Below, in pieces: positions 25,837 to 40,039 of a stretch of 64,000 nt of DNA (its first letter is position 1; each line of letters starts with the position of its first letter). The position numbers were made by a program, and so were the translations under genes. The notes under the pieces are model-generated. The model was not told where the DNA came from, made no database searches, and worked only from the letters and a program-made list of their open reading frames with translations. The stretch is from Octopus vulgaris (lineage: Eukaryota): positions 16,616,001 through 16,680,000 of the forward strand of contig OX597826.1 of the NCBI GenBank assembly GCA_951406725.2. The letters are read 5' to 3'.

Positions 25837-26080
25837 TTTTAGCTTTTCTTTTTTTGTTGTTGTTGTACACATTCTTTTGCTTTTCCCCGAAGCCTAATTC
25901 TCTGGTGCAAGCCGAATGGAGCAGTCTCAATGTTAAATGCGCGGAACTGCTGCAACTTATCGATCACTGACTGAAGAGAAAATTAGCTGAGAATATTCTT
26001 TGCATCTTGTTTTTGTCCAGTTTCACGTTTGCTATGGTTTGTCTAATTTTCGTTATATTGCGTTCTTTCTGTTCAACCAT
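25836..26080 (-). repeat. Local repeat family E, copy 2
   Basis: Reverse complement matches ggacaaaaacaagatrcaa..gaatatt..cagctaattt..cagtcagtga. Confidence 0.75.
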
Positions 26081-26082
26081 TG

Positions 26083-26218
<136 letters not shown>

Positions 26219-26219
26219 A

Positions 26220-26505
26220 TGTTGAAGTCAGCCAAAAGAATGTTTCTGTCCAGGGAAAGAAAAACAGCTGCAGAAAGGGAAGCATACCAAGAAACGAACA
26301 GACTCTACAGTACTGAAGCCAGAGCACATCAAAGTGATTAACAAAGGTATGCACGGCTGATAAGGAATAGGATCTCTACTGCAGAACAAAGAGCAGTTGT
26401 AACAGTTCTTATGATCCAGTAGTTCGTTATGCAGATGACAATAGAGTTTCCATTGGTGCAATAACAACTGAGTGCATACAATGTAAAGCAAGGAAGTGGC
26501 TAAGT
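26220..26505 (+). mobile_element. Helitron Rep/helicase N-terminal fragment
   Basis: An R/E-rich repeat followed by YDPVVRYADDNRVSIGAITTECIQCKARKW, matching the YDP..IG.M...C..C.A.KW motif of Helitron RepHel proteins. Confidence 0.7.
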
Positions 26506-26618
26506 TTTAGGGAAATTAACTAAATGTACAGATTTAAGTGAAATTTTTGAAGTTATTTCTGTCAGTAAATTATGAACTTACTTTTATCAGTAAATATGCA
26601 ATTATAGATACAGAGAGG

Positions 26619-26656
<38 letters not shown>

Positions 26657-27149
26657 TAGATATAGAAATATACAGGTGCTTACACTTATCAAGTATTCAC
26701 CCTAAATTTGCAGTACCTACCTGATATAGAGAGATAGATAGATATAGGGATTAGAGATAGATAGAGAGATATAGATAGAAAGATATAGACGTCACTGACG
26801 CCAGAAAACCGGAAGTAAATATTTAAAAGAAACTCTTGAAGACGTGAATCTAATACAAAAAAGAAATGTTTACCTCGCTTCTCCACGTAACCAGGGACGG
26901 GTGTTTCTGCCCACAGTGGAGGTGGGGTGCTACTCATTATGTAAAAGCTCTTATGAGTCTAAAACCATCCCTGGAATATAAGTAATGTATGTTCCCAGTT
27001 TGGAGAAAATCAGTTGAAAAATACAGCTGTTATAATCTTATGCATACACATAGAGAAAGGGAATTATATTGTAGATACGCACACACCCTTTCACAGACAC
27101 ACACGCACGCACAAACACACATACGTAAGTGATGGGTTGAACAGAAAGA

Positions 27150-27372
27150 ATGCAATAAGGTAAAAGATGAGACGAAAACACATCAACCAGAGAACAAACA
27201 GGAAACGCAAGATACGGAAAATTAGACGAAACCATAACGAACGAGTAACTGGACAAAAACAAGATACAAGGAATATTCGCAGCTAATTTCCTCTACAGTC
27301 AGTGACGGACACGTCGCAGCAATTTCGTGCACTTAACAGTTATACAGCGACAAAAACAAGAAAGCTAAAATG
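27150..27372 (+). repeat. Local repeat family E, copy 3 (internally deleted)
   Basis: Homology to copies 1 and 2; ends caagaaagctaaaatgataa. Confidence 0.72.
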
Positions 27373-27393
27373 ATAACACTAATAATAATAATG

Positions 27394-27474
<81 letters not shown>

Positions 27475-27531
27475 TCAATGACAATGATGGTGATGATGAT
27501 GATGGCAACGATGATGATGATGACAATAATT

Positions 27532-28150
27532 ATAGGGTACGACAGTATTTATATTGGAAAAATATAAACACTACTAAATCATCCTGAGCCAGTAGCTGGC
27601 TGAAGGTAAATATGTCAGTATCGTCTGGAATTTTCCAGTCAACACTGACAGAACAATTAAGGCTAATCGACTAGACATAATTATTAAAGATAGGGAAGAA
27701 AATACTTATAAGACTAATAGATGTAAGTGTTGCCACTGATAAAAGTATACCTGTCAAGGAATTTGACAAATTATGTAAATCTAAGTACCTGGAAGTTAAA
27801 ATAAAAAATATGTGGCATCTTAAAGCGAGAACTGCTCCTGCTATTTTGGATGCCCTTGTTATGATAAAAAAGGAATGCCAGAAACATATAGATAATATCC
27901 CAGGAGAACCACGTCTCAGAGAAATTCAAAAGATGGTGCTGACAAGTATTGCCCACATCCTTAGATAAACCCTATCTATTTAAATATATGTGTTGTATTA
28001 CATGGAGATAATCGCTACTGCCCTCGTTACGCCCTCATCCCAAGCTTTCAGTCATAGTTTAACATCAGTTATCCTTTAGTTGCCTTAGGACGCTGGGCGT
28101 GTCTCGGCGTGTGAATGTAACTAACATACAGATTAAAAGTAAATAATAGT
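27532..28150 (+). mobile_element. 5'-truncated R4/Dong-like element 3' end
   Basis: WNFPVNTDRTIKANRLDIIIKDREEN, IDVSVATDKSI and MWHLK; close nucleotide similarity to 53440-54044. Lies downstream of a (TAA)n tract. Confidence 0.85.
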
Positions 28151-28271
28151 AAGTGCTACAGCAAACGTGTCTATTCTGCGCGCGATCAGGTCCAAAAAGA
28201 ACTGCCAAACTTTTGTTCACTGACATTTTCCATGTCTCCTTTCCTTTTCCTCATTAAGTTCGCCTGATGGC

Positions 28272-28692
28272 CTATAAGGTGAATTCAACGTAACCCATTA
28301 TTAGATTTGCAAGAGCAGGAGCTGCTTTCGTCCCCACCGCGATTCCGCATTTCTGACGATAGTATGTGTCATCAAATAGGAAATAATTGTTCTGAAGTAT
28401 AAATTTTAAGGATTCAATAATAAAGATATGGTTTATGCGTTGCGGGAGTAGTTCGGGGTAGCTTTCCAACCAGAATTTAATTGCTTTTATCCTATAGTCA
28501 AGGGGGATGTCGGTGTAAAGATTGATAATATCGAGGGTAACCAATATTGCCTCTTCATTAATTGTTTTTGGTAGGTGTTCTAGCATGTCTAAAACATCCC
28601 TAATGAAGCTTTTGATGTATTTCAGCAAGGTTTTTCAGTAGGATATCTAGAAATTTGCTTAGGCGGTGGGTTTCACTGGCTGGTCCAGCTAC
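28272..28692 (-). mobile_element. Penelope-like element reverse transcriptase fragment
   Basis: AGPASETHRLSKFLDILLK, SFIRD, LVTLDIINLYTDIP, and NNYFLFDDTYYRQKCGIAVGTKAAPALANLIMGY (PLE RT motifs). Confidence 0.9.
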
Positions 28693-28699
28693 ACACAGC

Positions 28700-28732
<33 letters not shown>

Positions 28733-29023
28733 GTATGTATGCATGTATGCATGTATGTATATATATATATATATATATATACATACATGCATATATATGT
28801 ATGTAAGTATGTATGTATATATGTATGTATGAATGAATGTATGCATGTATGCATGTCACACCCCACGAAACCTTTATGGAGGACTAAGTCTGTTTGCATA
28901 TTCTGGTAAACTTCATTTGCCAACAATATGGTGGAACTCCGACCCTCTGAAACTGCAATCGAATATGTAGCACCATACTTTCTCACCATTTTTTATGTGT
29001 TCTATCCTGATTATGGTTGCTGC

Positions 29024-29123
<100 letters not shown>

Positions 29124-29126
29124 ATG

Positions 29127-29165
<39 letters not shown>

Positions 29166-29174
29166 GTATGTATG

Positions 29175-29211
<37 letters not shown>

Positions 29212-29400
29212 CAATTAAAATCAAAATGAGGGTGAACAATTGGATATTAATTTGATAACATCAATTTTAACACCAGTGGTCTAGAATATAAGAAAATAAG
29301 ATTCAGTAAATTCAGTGGTTGAGACCATAGCGGATCTTTTTCTAGCATAAGGGTTTCTACATAGTGGTTTAAAAATTCCCTCTTATATTTACGTATGAAA

Positions 29401-29458
<58 letters not shown>

Positions 29459-29461
29459 AAA

Positions 29462-30300
29462 ATAAGGAACCGGATATCCAGAGGTGATGCAGAAACTGCA
29501 ATCAGATATGTAAATGCCTTGATCAGTCTTAATAAATACCAACTAATAAGTAATTAATTAAGTATATGATTGAATATTAAACTATATCTATGTAAAACAT
29601 TTCTCTCTCTTTGTTGTTGAAAAGTTTGGTATATATATTCAAAATTATTCAAAATTTATCTTTTGGTTATAATATTTTTCTTGATAACCCTAACTTTTAT
29701 CTTTATACAATATAACAATATTGTTTAAATCAATCACCCATAGTACCCCATGATAAAATATCCTCTGTATTATCATCATTTGTTTTATTAGCGTCTTGCC
29801 CCTTTAACTGGTAATTAACATCTTGATTTGAGGTCTTCCACTATCCAACCTCATCATAGCCAGTTACTTTATACTACTTCAAAATAATCTTGAATTTGAT
29901 AAACAAGACTAATAGATTAAAACTGAACTAAAATCAGTGACAAGTTATGACCCTAACAATTTTTTCTTGATATCTTAGACGTTTCTAAGCTGAAGTGAAA
30001 ACTGCATGGACTTTGTCTGTCTTCATGCCCTCTTGGAGGATTTAAGTAAAATTATACAAATATTTCCAACTGATTAAATAAATTCTATTTATTTACGCAG
30101 CTGAAAATAGCCCTGCATTAATATTGATGTAATGACTGCATTGTTCAATTAAATGGAGCTGCTTGAAACGGTTGTACTGCATCACCTCTGGATATCCTGT
30201 TGCTAACCATATTTTGAATTTGTACGGTTAATACCGCTCTAATCTTTGGTGCTTCAGCCTAGGTACCTAATTCCTCTGAATATCAAAAACCCTATTCTGT
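29462..30300. mobile_element. Probable PLE remnant with inverted pLTR pieces and a decayed hammerhead at 30125-30184
   Basis: ggatatccagaggtgatgcag (29472-29492) is the exact reverse complement of ctgcatcacctctggatatcc (30177-30197). GAAAC-ggtt-GTA precedes the latter. Confidence 0.5.
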
Positions 30301-32499
30301 AGAAAGATTTGGCACTCAGCTACAGTAACCCACGCCTACATGAACACATTATGAGTGCGTGTCTGGTGTCGGTGAGGGTGTGAGTGTGGATGAGTGTGTT
30401 TGCTGAAATATGTGTGAAATACTTTTGCAATTGCTACTTTTATTTCATTTATCTTGCGCATAGACACTCGATAAATCAATAAACAATTTAGGTTCTTTTT
30501 CTTCCAACATACCAAATCCTCATGTTACACAGAGGAAGCACAGAAAAAAAATAATAACCCAGTGTACCATCCAGAAAAGCAAAGGTCCACAGATATGTTC
30601 GTAAACCGAAATAATTTCCATAAACTATTACATATAAATCATCAAATTCTGACACACGAGAAAGCGGTGGTGGGAGGACAAACGAGATAAAGCAATTTAC
30701 TTTGCTTTGAACAATATTTTGAAAACATGCTGCCTGTGTGCTTATCACCATCTCAATAAACGTGTGTGTTGGTTTGATTTGATTTGTTTTTTGCAGAAAG
30801 CACTTATCTGTAAGTCGATCTTAGGTGTCTCGAATGCTTAGGGGTCTTATAATGTATTGAAGCCAGAACTTCATTGTATTGTAACTGTCTTATTAACATT
30901 TAGTTCTGCTAAGCTATCGAAATAGAAGTGCTATTATTAAAGATACAACGTACCGACAATATAAAGGATAAATTCTAAACGCTGTGTGATTAAATGTCAT
31001 TATTATGATTCATTTACTGCTGGCTGCGTAAGCAAAGGGTCACAGTTTCATTCTTTGTATACGTATGCATCCCTTTACATGTACGTTTATACACACAAAG
31101 AAAAACGGAGTGAAAATTAATACAGTTAAATAATAATGTATATAATCATGAATTCTAGTTATTGACACACACGTATTCGATTCACCTCTAATATTAATGC
31201 TAAATTAAAGTATACCCTCCATGTAATAAATTGATGGGATATGAATGATGGGGTTATTAGACAAGAGGTCAAGGCAGTGACACAGAAAATCTTCTCATGT
31301 AATATACTGATGTGTCATATAAACTTATTGGACAATCTGATGAAACGTAATTGACGATAACTTGCACGTTTCGCATGGCGTTAATGGTTTGAGTGCAACA
31401 AAGAGATGAGACTGTGCAAAGAGAGTATTTACAGATAAATCTATTGATGATGGGCCGTGTCGAACTAATATCATCAATTTACGATATAATGACTTTTAGA
31501 TATTGAACGAGGTGATTACTTTATTGGCATTGCAAATTGAGAAGCTACGACATTGAATTATTGCACAAGAAGGCAAATTTCAAATATATATGATTTCACC
31601 ACTACATATTTAATTAATATCATTCTGAATAAATGTGTATGTTCAGAAATATTTTGCCTGGATAATCTAAAACAGAATTCTGTTGGATACTATATAAGCA
31701 ACCATGAGACATTGCTTAAATAAATGATCTTCGCGAAAGACACCAGTATGATTATATTATCTAAATAGATAAGGAAAAACCACACGTTTTCGTGCTTCTT
31801 TGTTTGTGTGGTTTTAGGAAAATATAATGGTCTGCAAAGACTTGAGCAACACACCTTCTTCAAACTATATCCACGCAATATGTTACATCAAAACTCTCTT
31901 TATAGGAAAACAGTTGGAAATTCGCCAACAATCTCTTAGTTTAATAAATTATATCATTCTTTTGTAAGTTGCATACTTATGTCGACATTCCTAAAACATT
32001 CTTATTTTAAAATATGTGTTAGTGTGTTTCTTCTTACATTTTATGTGGCTTCCGTTATACTTTATTCTTACATCTAAGGTGGTTATTAAATAAATTAAAA
32101 GAAAAGCGGAAAAGCATTTTGTACTTTTAAAGAGAGACAATATCCTAGAATCTTGTTTTTGTGATGAACTTTTTGTTTCGTTGCTATTTTTGTTACTTGA
32201 AAACCGACCATACTTTAAAGGGTTCAGTTCTGGCTAGTACCTATAACTGATTGAAACGTCTCTATTCATAAACATTATCCTTGTATCGTTAACAATTGTT
32301 AGCTATGGTAATGGAAATAAGCTTACATATGACATTCAAATGCTTTAGAGTGTATATAAGAACATACCAGGCTCTAATATCATAACACATGTATATCAAA
32401 TCTTACCGAGATTGCCTTGTTACTCTATCGATGTGTACAAAAATGGTATTTACAAACTGTAATAAGAAATTAATCTGGTTGTGAGTGTGCTGACGAATC

Positions 32500-33050
32500 T
32501 CAATTTTTCGAATACCTAATTATGTAAAAGTGATATGTGTATAAACTTTCAACGATGGTGATGACAATCAAGTGGAGCCCGAGGGTTTTAAGGAATCTGC
32601 TAAGGCATCTGTGGAGCTGCACAATTAGACCACTTATAGAATGTGAAAGTAAGAGTTAGTACACATAGTATGAAGCTAAAATATATTTCCCGACATCACA
32701 ACGTTAGGTATTAATATAGAGAAACGTGGCATTTATAAACTAGAACTGGAGATATGGTGAGTTTGCAGATTCCAGATATTTAATGTACGCCTACAGATAA
32801 TCATCGTAAAATATACATTTTTCATATAGCCATCAGTGTAGCATTTTTACCCAACTTACAAACAGTCGAACATGTACTCCTTTATACGAAAGAGGATTTA
32901 TCATTTCTCAGAGCATACAACTTACTAAAAAGATGTAGCGATTGCCTTCATGTGTATTAAAACAAATATTTAGTAACCACCTTTAGATGATAACAAATCT
33001 TGTATTCAGATGTCGTAAGAACAATACAAGTACTTGAACAATATAAATAA
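32500..33050 (+). mobile_element. Possible Ginger/KRBA2-like integrase C-terminal remnant
   Basis: LRTGDMVSLQIPDI..TDN resembles L.VGD.V.V.IPDVDR..TD; possible cysteine-rich relics lie downstream. Confidence 0.3.
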
Positions 33051-33906
33051 TATATATCTTAGTATTTAAACATATATATTGTACAGACACAGATAATGAT
33101 GTTAATGTCACAACTGTTTAAAATCCAGTCACTGCAATCCACATTTGGTCTTTTAAAACTGCACTATTTTAACTTAAAAATTAGAAATTAAGAAAACGGG
33201 AACTAATACCAATGATTTCTAAAATAATTTATGCAATTACGTTCAATTTAATATCATGAAGCAAAGTGAATAACTAAATAAAGAAAGAAGAAATTACATT
33301 TGTACTGAGAAAATTATATTTTTCGAATTGCTTTTGTTCTCTAATCGTTTCCTAGAGACTTTCGATGAGATGAAAAATCTATAGATATAAAACAGTACAC
33401 GCTATTTTAGCTATTCAACATTTGGAGCGAAAGTGAGAAAATGCCTACGTATTAATTTAGAAATTGTATTCTTATTTAGAATTATACGGCCTTTCATCGA
33501 TCTTTTCGCTGCATTTAGTGAAATGTTACTTGAAATAGCGAACACTGTCCAATTATCACTTCCTCCAACATGCGGAAAAATTCCAGCAGCAATTCTACTC
33601 AATTGCGTAATTATGATTTAATTACAATTATTAGAATAGAATGAAGAATGAAAAATTCAAAATTCCAATTACGTCATCACTGTTTTAATTCTGATACAAT
33701 CGGAGGTAGAACATATCATATTTAGGTATGCAATAAAGAAAATTTGGTAAAATTGAGGAAGACAATAATTGAAGGAATAAATGTTAAAGAACAATGCATC
33801 TACACTATAAACCACACGATTTCTGGCATTGCACTTAGAAGTACATTAATTTATTTTCCATAAATTCTGCCAGAATAATATATTGAGGTCAGTATAACTG
33901 ATATTA

Positions 33907-35061
33907 CAAGATAGTATCAAAAGGGTCCTGGAATAGTCATGTTTAATGAAAAATAACTTATTTACCTAAATTTTAACCTCATTGCTTTCGAAAGAATCAC
34001 GTTGCACAGTAATGCATCTATCGTACGGTTCCTGCCACTTTTGGAATCAGTAAGCGAGTCGAGGAATTTCTGTGATCCTCTCCGGATCTTGACAACGGTG
34101 TTACAACGGCAACCTTTGAGCTACCTTTTCATCATGGAGAAGAGATGCAAGTCCGCAGGTGCAAAATCCGGCAAATAAGGCGGGCGCGGAAGCTATACCA
34201 TGTAGTTTTTGCCAAGAAACTTACGACTGAGGAGAGGTCGATGACACGGTGGTGCATTGTCGTCGTGAAAAATCTAATTTTTCGCGCTCCATACATCCGG
34301 TCGTTTTCGCCAAATGTCCTCCTTCAAATGCTTCAAACGTCGCAGTAGAACTCTCAATTGACGGTCTCGCCCTGGGGGATGATTTCTTGATGCAAGATGC
34401 TGCAGAAAACGAAAGGAGCGATGAGCTTGGTCGTGATTGAGCTACAACTCTGCCTTCTTTGGTCGTGGAAATGAAGTGCTCTTCTAATTTGACGTATGCT
34501 GCTTTGTCTCAGGGTCGTACTATAGAAACAACTCACGGCTTAGTGGATTAGTAGGCGGGGGACAAACCTGGCAGATACATGCCACATGTTCAATTCAGAT
34601 ATTAGGATAGCCTGTACGGGCCCATACGACAGACCAACAACATCAGCAATGCACAAGCTCAAGTAGAAGCTGATGAATTTCCTACGCATTTCCAGGATTG
34701 ATGCCCGTAGCAGGTCTTCCGGATCGCGCAATCGTGCGTCGTCTTCCAGTGAAGTATTCGTCCGCTTTTGCAGCACCCATGCCACTCGCAACATTACGCA
34801 CAACCCATTGACTCCTCGCAGCAAGCTTGCCAAAGTATGCTCAATGTTTTAGTAGCAACATTTTACGTTGAATCTTGCTGAAACTTGCTGTCCATACAAA
34901 ATCGGAGACTACAGATCGCAAAATCACACATTTCTCAACTTCCGAAGCAAACATAGCTGCCTCATGAAGGTTACCACTAGCTCTCACTGCACACGCAACT
35001 GTGTGCAGCCATCTGTTGGTACCCAACAGAACTTGTGCCGGAACTCTTTGATACTATCTTG
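33907..35061 (-). mobile_element. Mariner DNA transposon, both TIRs present, transposase pseudogenised
   Basis: TA-caagatagtatcaaa... and ...tttgatactatcttg-TA termini; VSARFVPRLL, HDNAP and PDFAPAD-like motifs on the minus strand. Confidence 0.88.
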
Positions 35062-35296
35062 TATGTAAACATAAAACAATAAGGATAAAACATGCTCCTT
35101 GATATGGTTTGGATGAAAAATATCATTTTAATTCTAGACATAAATACACAGTTTATCAAATGAATTATAAACGTTATGGGCGCTTCATTGGTATCGCAGT
35201 TTTGAGATGAAATATCAACTGAATTCATTTACAAATATTTTGAATCGGATAAAAGTACTACAAGTATGATTGTATATTTAATTCAAGCTGTTAATG

Positions 35297-35985
35297 TTAG
35301 GTTGTGAAGAAAGTTCTTGTGGCATTTAACCTTTAAATTCAGATTTACTTATCTCAGCTCAAACAAAACTTTATTAATCAAAACAAACACCATCAGAATT
35401 GACACACTTTCGCCAACGCTAAACATGTTTATTGATGCCAGTAGCGTAAAAATCCTGCGTTGTAATGGTGATGAAGTCGTTGAAGGCGTGTTTGGCATCG
35501 TCATGGTTTTTGAAGCATTTTCACGCAGGAAGTTGTCGAGATGCTTGAAACAGTGGTAGTTGAGAGGTCTGGTGAGTATGGTGAATGAGGCAGAGTTTTG
35601 TAGCCGAGTTCTTTCAACTTCTGCTGGGTCAGTTGTGTGACGTGCGGTCGAGCGTTGACTTGGAGAAGAACTGGTCCTTTTCTGCTGACCAATGCTGGCT
35701 GTTGTTGTTAGAGTTCCTTATGCATTTCATCCATTTGCTGACAGGATTTTTCCGCCGCAATGGTTTCGCCTGGATGCAAAAAGTTGTGATGGAGGAGACT
35801 GGCCGAAGACCACCAAACAGCCACCATGACCTTCTTTTGGTGCAACTTTGGTTTCGGGAAGTGCCGTGGAGCTTCGTCGGCGTCCAGACACTGAGCTGAG
35901 CGTCTCCGGTTGTCGTAAAGAATCCACTTTTCATCGCAAGTCACAATCCGGTCTAGAAACGGGTCGTTCTTGTTGCGTAAAAGAA
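35297..35985 (-). mobile_element. Mariner transposase C-terminal fragment (frameshifted)
   Basis: [40 protein letters not shown]; TIR-like ttaggttgtgaagaaagttc at 35297. Confidence 0.92.
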
Positions 35986-36391
35986 GGGAAATTTTTTACT
36001 CTATGCACTTCATAATGCAACGGAGAGGGTTAGTATTTTGAAAAAAAAACATGTTGATGATATTGTGCTCGGATTGAAATAGTTACTAATATTTAAGTTT
36101 CTATTCAAGAAAAAGAACCAAAGTTGATAATGATATAAAGAATTATCAAAATGTACATTGTTTCATTGCTGCAAAGTCCTGTTACTAACCATGTGCGCGC
36201 GTGTATGTGTGTGTCTGTGTGCGCGTGTGTGTGTGAAAAGCAAACAACACCATATTATAGAACAACTAAGGAATTTCATTACCTTTCCCTTATTTGTACA
36301 ACAGTAGAATATATCAGTCTTCTTATGTTAACTATCGTTTCTGTTCATCATTTACATGAATTGATATTTCTTCTATTAAATATATATATAT

Positions 36392-36443
<52 letters not shown>

Positions 36444-38339
36444 AAAACATTGCATATGTTTAACCATATAAGTGTATAAAATCATTATTTTTGAAACATA
36501 GTTGAAGTTTATAGAAAAGTTGTTGGTGGCTCGAAGAAACAAAATACACATTTAATTTGCGATACACGCTTAATTCGTCGCGAAATATTCGAAGGAACTG
36601 TTCTGATATATAAAAAATTGGCACCTGTTCGTTTACTAGCGCAAACTATAACTAACATTGGTTTTGATGCCTTATACGCAACATTTATGATATTATACTT
36701 CATATATTATACGCCACTTGATATTACTCTCATACACCCTTATGTCAGCATTCGAAATCTATCAAAATATCTACATATAACTTAATTATACTTGTGACAT
36801 TTAGAATAATTTGATTGAAAAATCTTGCTCAAAACGAGTGAGATTTAATTGGCATTAAATAGAAGGCAAAAACTTCACTCTGTCCTCTTTATGCTTGACA
36901 GTTGTAGAAAATGTATGTGTAAAATCCTTCACGTTCAATTTAGTTTATCTTTGCATTCGGCCATTTCAATGACATTTGACGTTCTGTGCCATAATGGTTT
37001 TACTTTTTGATATGATCCAAACAATTTTAAGATATATTCAATGGCAACGTGGCACTGTGCATGATGTATGCATTTTTCTTTGCATCTTAATGCATGGTTG
37101 TGTAGACACCAACGGAAAACCATCTAGAATGATTTGCCCTTATAGTGAGGTAAGATCAACATACTTCAAATTATCAATAGACTATCATTTATAACACTAA
37201 TAAATATGCGTACAATCTTACATATATGATATAATATTTCGTATACTAATATTTTCATCAAATCAATGTTTATAAAATACGAATGAACTGCACATTTCTC
37301 ATAATGCTGTTTTCGAGAACTGTCTCTCGAACTTAAGTTGTCAAAAATTTTCTTCTCTCTGTATAAGTCTAGTGTTGAAAAACACTCGCTTTAACTTATC
37401 TAAAGACTGTTTTCAATTATTTTCCTTCCACCACACCATTATACAATAATGTGAATAAAAGATTACCATGAATGTAAATGAAATCAATCAGGCAGAAAAT
37501 AGCCATTAATAGTAACATATAAACGATTGATTGCTTACTTAGCTTTAAAATCGTATGTTCTGACATATATTACTGTCACAATATTTATTACTTACTCTCT
37601 ATGCATTAGCGACTTTTCTGAAATAAAAAGTCTTTGAAAGAACTTTATAAATGTAGTTCAAGAGGGTAATTACCCATAACTCACTAAATTGCGATTTAAC
37701 TTCTATAAGATTTAAATGACCGAGATCATGTCAGCAGCAATTCAAAATCGCGCTATTTCCACTACCACTTTATTTAACGTTAATTAAATAGAATTTTCGA
37801 AACGTCGCAAATAATTCAATTGAAACGTTTGATGACATGTCAGCTTTATTAATTTCTTAGAGCGCAGAGAAATTATTAGCAAATATCTAAAGGTATTTCT
37901 GAAGCAGCTAAAGGTTGAATAAACTGAGATAATCATCATAAGCTTCTTGTATTAAATCTAAAATTACGAATTTGAGTAAACACGAAAATTAATACACCTA
38001 TTTTTAGGAGCGAAAGGTATGTGTGGATCATAAAAACCCTAAAAATACTCTATAAAGAATAGAAAATTTGGAAGAAATAAATTTTGAAGATGAACAAGCC
38101 TACATATTCCATATCGTTATAATTATTGCTAATATATACTCCAGACAATATTACCGTCCAGTGAAGCGAGAACGGAATTACCGACATGAGAAATTTACAG
38201 AATGAATGAAAACTATATATATATGTATGTGTATGTATGTATGTATGTAGGTAGGTAGGTAGGTAGGTAGGAATGTATGTATGTATGAATGAATGTATGT
38301 ATAAATGTATGAATGTATGTATATATGTATGTGTGTATG

Positions 38340-38371
<32 letters not shown>

Positions 38372-38423
38372 TGTATGTATATACGCATATTTGTATTAAT
38401 GTACGTATGCATATATATGTCTA

Positions 38424-38945
38424 CACGAGGGTTGGCTGCAAAGATTATATGGGAAACTATGAAGGAATGATGCTACTCCAGGGAAATCTTGCTTGCATCA
38501 ATTTCAACCCTTTTTAATAACTGCACCGTTTCCGTCCATGTCTAACTAGAAGCGACGTTATGAAGTTTCTGTAGAAAATAGGGTTTAACCCTGCAATGAC
38601 ATTCATGATGGTATGGACGCTCCAGTTTTATCAAGTGTTAAAAAAACTCAGCTTAAAAGGCGGAGGGAGGTGTTGGACATGATCCAAGGCGGGTACGATC
38701 AGAAACTGCCGCCACTGAGAAAAACATTGATCTTGTTCACCACATCGTGAGAGATAACAGACAATTGGCTATAAATCAAATAGGCAGTGCTATTAACATA
38801 TTGCGTGGGAGAGGTGAGAATATTCTGCACCATGCACATGACATGACAAAGGTTTCTGCACGGTGGGTGCCATGCCTTCTGACAGCTGTTCAAAAGAGCG
38901 CGGGCTAAAAATCCCTAGATTACGTGTTCGATTCCATGCAATAAC
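38424..38945 (+). mobile_element. Mariner 5' fragment
   Basis: TA-cacgagggttggctg terminus and KVSARWVPCLLT motif. Confidence 0.8.
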
Positions 38946-38977
38946 CTGAATAATAAAAATAATAATAATAAAAATAA

Positions 38978-39210
<233 letters not shown>

Positions 39211-39574
39211 TACAATATTATATACTTAATATAAAATTTCATTTAGTAATTCCGTGTTGATACAGTCAATCAAACTAATATACGTATAATAAATTTAATC
39301 GATGATTCTATTACCTATTATTGGTTTTAATTGCTTATAATCAGCTATTTATAAAATTGCATGTAAATATGTAGTAACACGCATGAGTAAAAGCAAGTAT
39401 CTTCTTGTAACCTACTTACATAAACAAATAACATTATTATTATCAAATAATGTTTATGTATCGTAATTCATTACAGCTTTCATTCCGTCTTTCTATCCTA
39501 ACAGATTACTGTAACACTAATAATTTACACTGAGTTTACCAGTTATATTTTAATTTACGAACTATTGAGTAATG

Positions 39575-39695
39575 TTAAGAACCATTAGCGTGCCGGACAA
39601 TTTGCTAGCAGCCTTTCTACCGGTTCTAAACGTTCTGAGTTCAGGCTCAAAAAGACCGGTTAAACAATGAGGTCGATGTAATCAACTAATCCCTT
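39575..39695 (+). mobile_element. SINE family B fragment
   Basis: cattagcgtgccggac..acgttctgagttca..ggtcgatgtaatcaactaatccc. Confidence 0.65.
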
Positions 39696-39924
39696 TCACT
39701 TTAATATGCGTATATTAAGAAAGTATTATTATATTAAGTTTTTTTTTTCTACTATGTATTCTTCCGTGCTGCGACATCGTCGCTGAGTTGTATTGCTTTG
39801 CGCTAATATTATCATATGCATTGAGGCGGCGAGCTGACAGAAACGTTGGTGATGGTAGCGGTTGGACGATTGAGATAACGCTGATGATGAAATTTGATTC
39901 GGAAGATTGCGCTACTCTGAAAGG

Positions 39925-39941
39925 TGATGATGATGATGATA

Positions 39942-39987
<46 letters not shown>

Positions 39988-40028
39988 GGATGATGATGAT
40001 GATGAGGAGGAGGAGAAGGAGGAGGAGG
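39925..40028 (+). repeat. (GAT)n/(GAG)n microsatellite
   Basis: Directly visible. Confidence 0.95.
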
Positions 40029-40039
40029 TGGGAGAATAA

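Noticed and set aside
31333-31353. caat-CTGATGAAAC-GTA-attg, resembling a hammerhead with no stem II
   Set aside because: Too short to distinguish from chance, and no homologous flanks in the window.
39788-40039. ORF with a poly-Asp/Glu tract
   Set aside because: It is a SINE head fragment plus (GAT)n; no splice or domain support.
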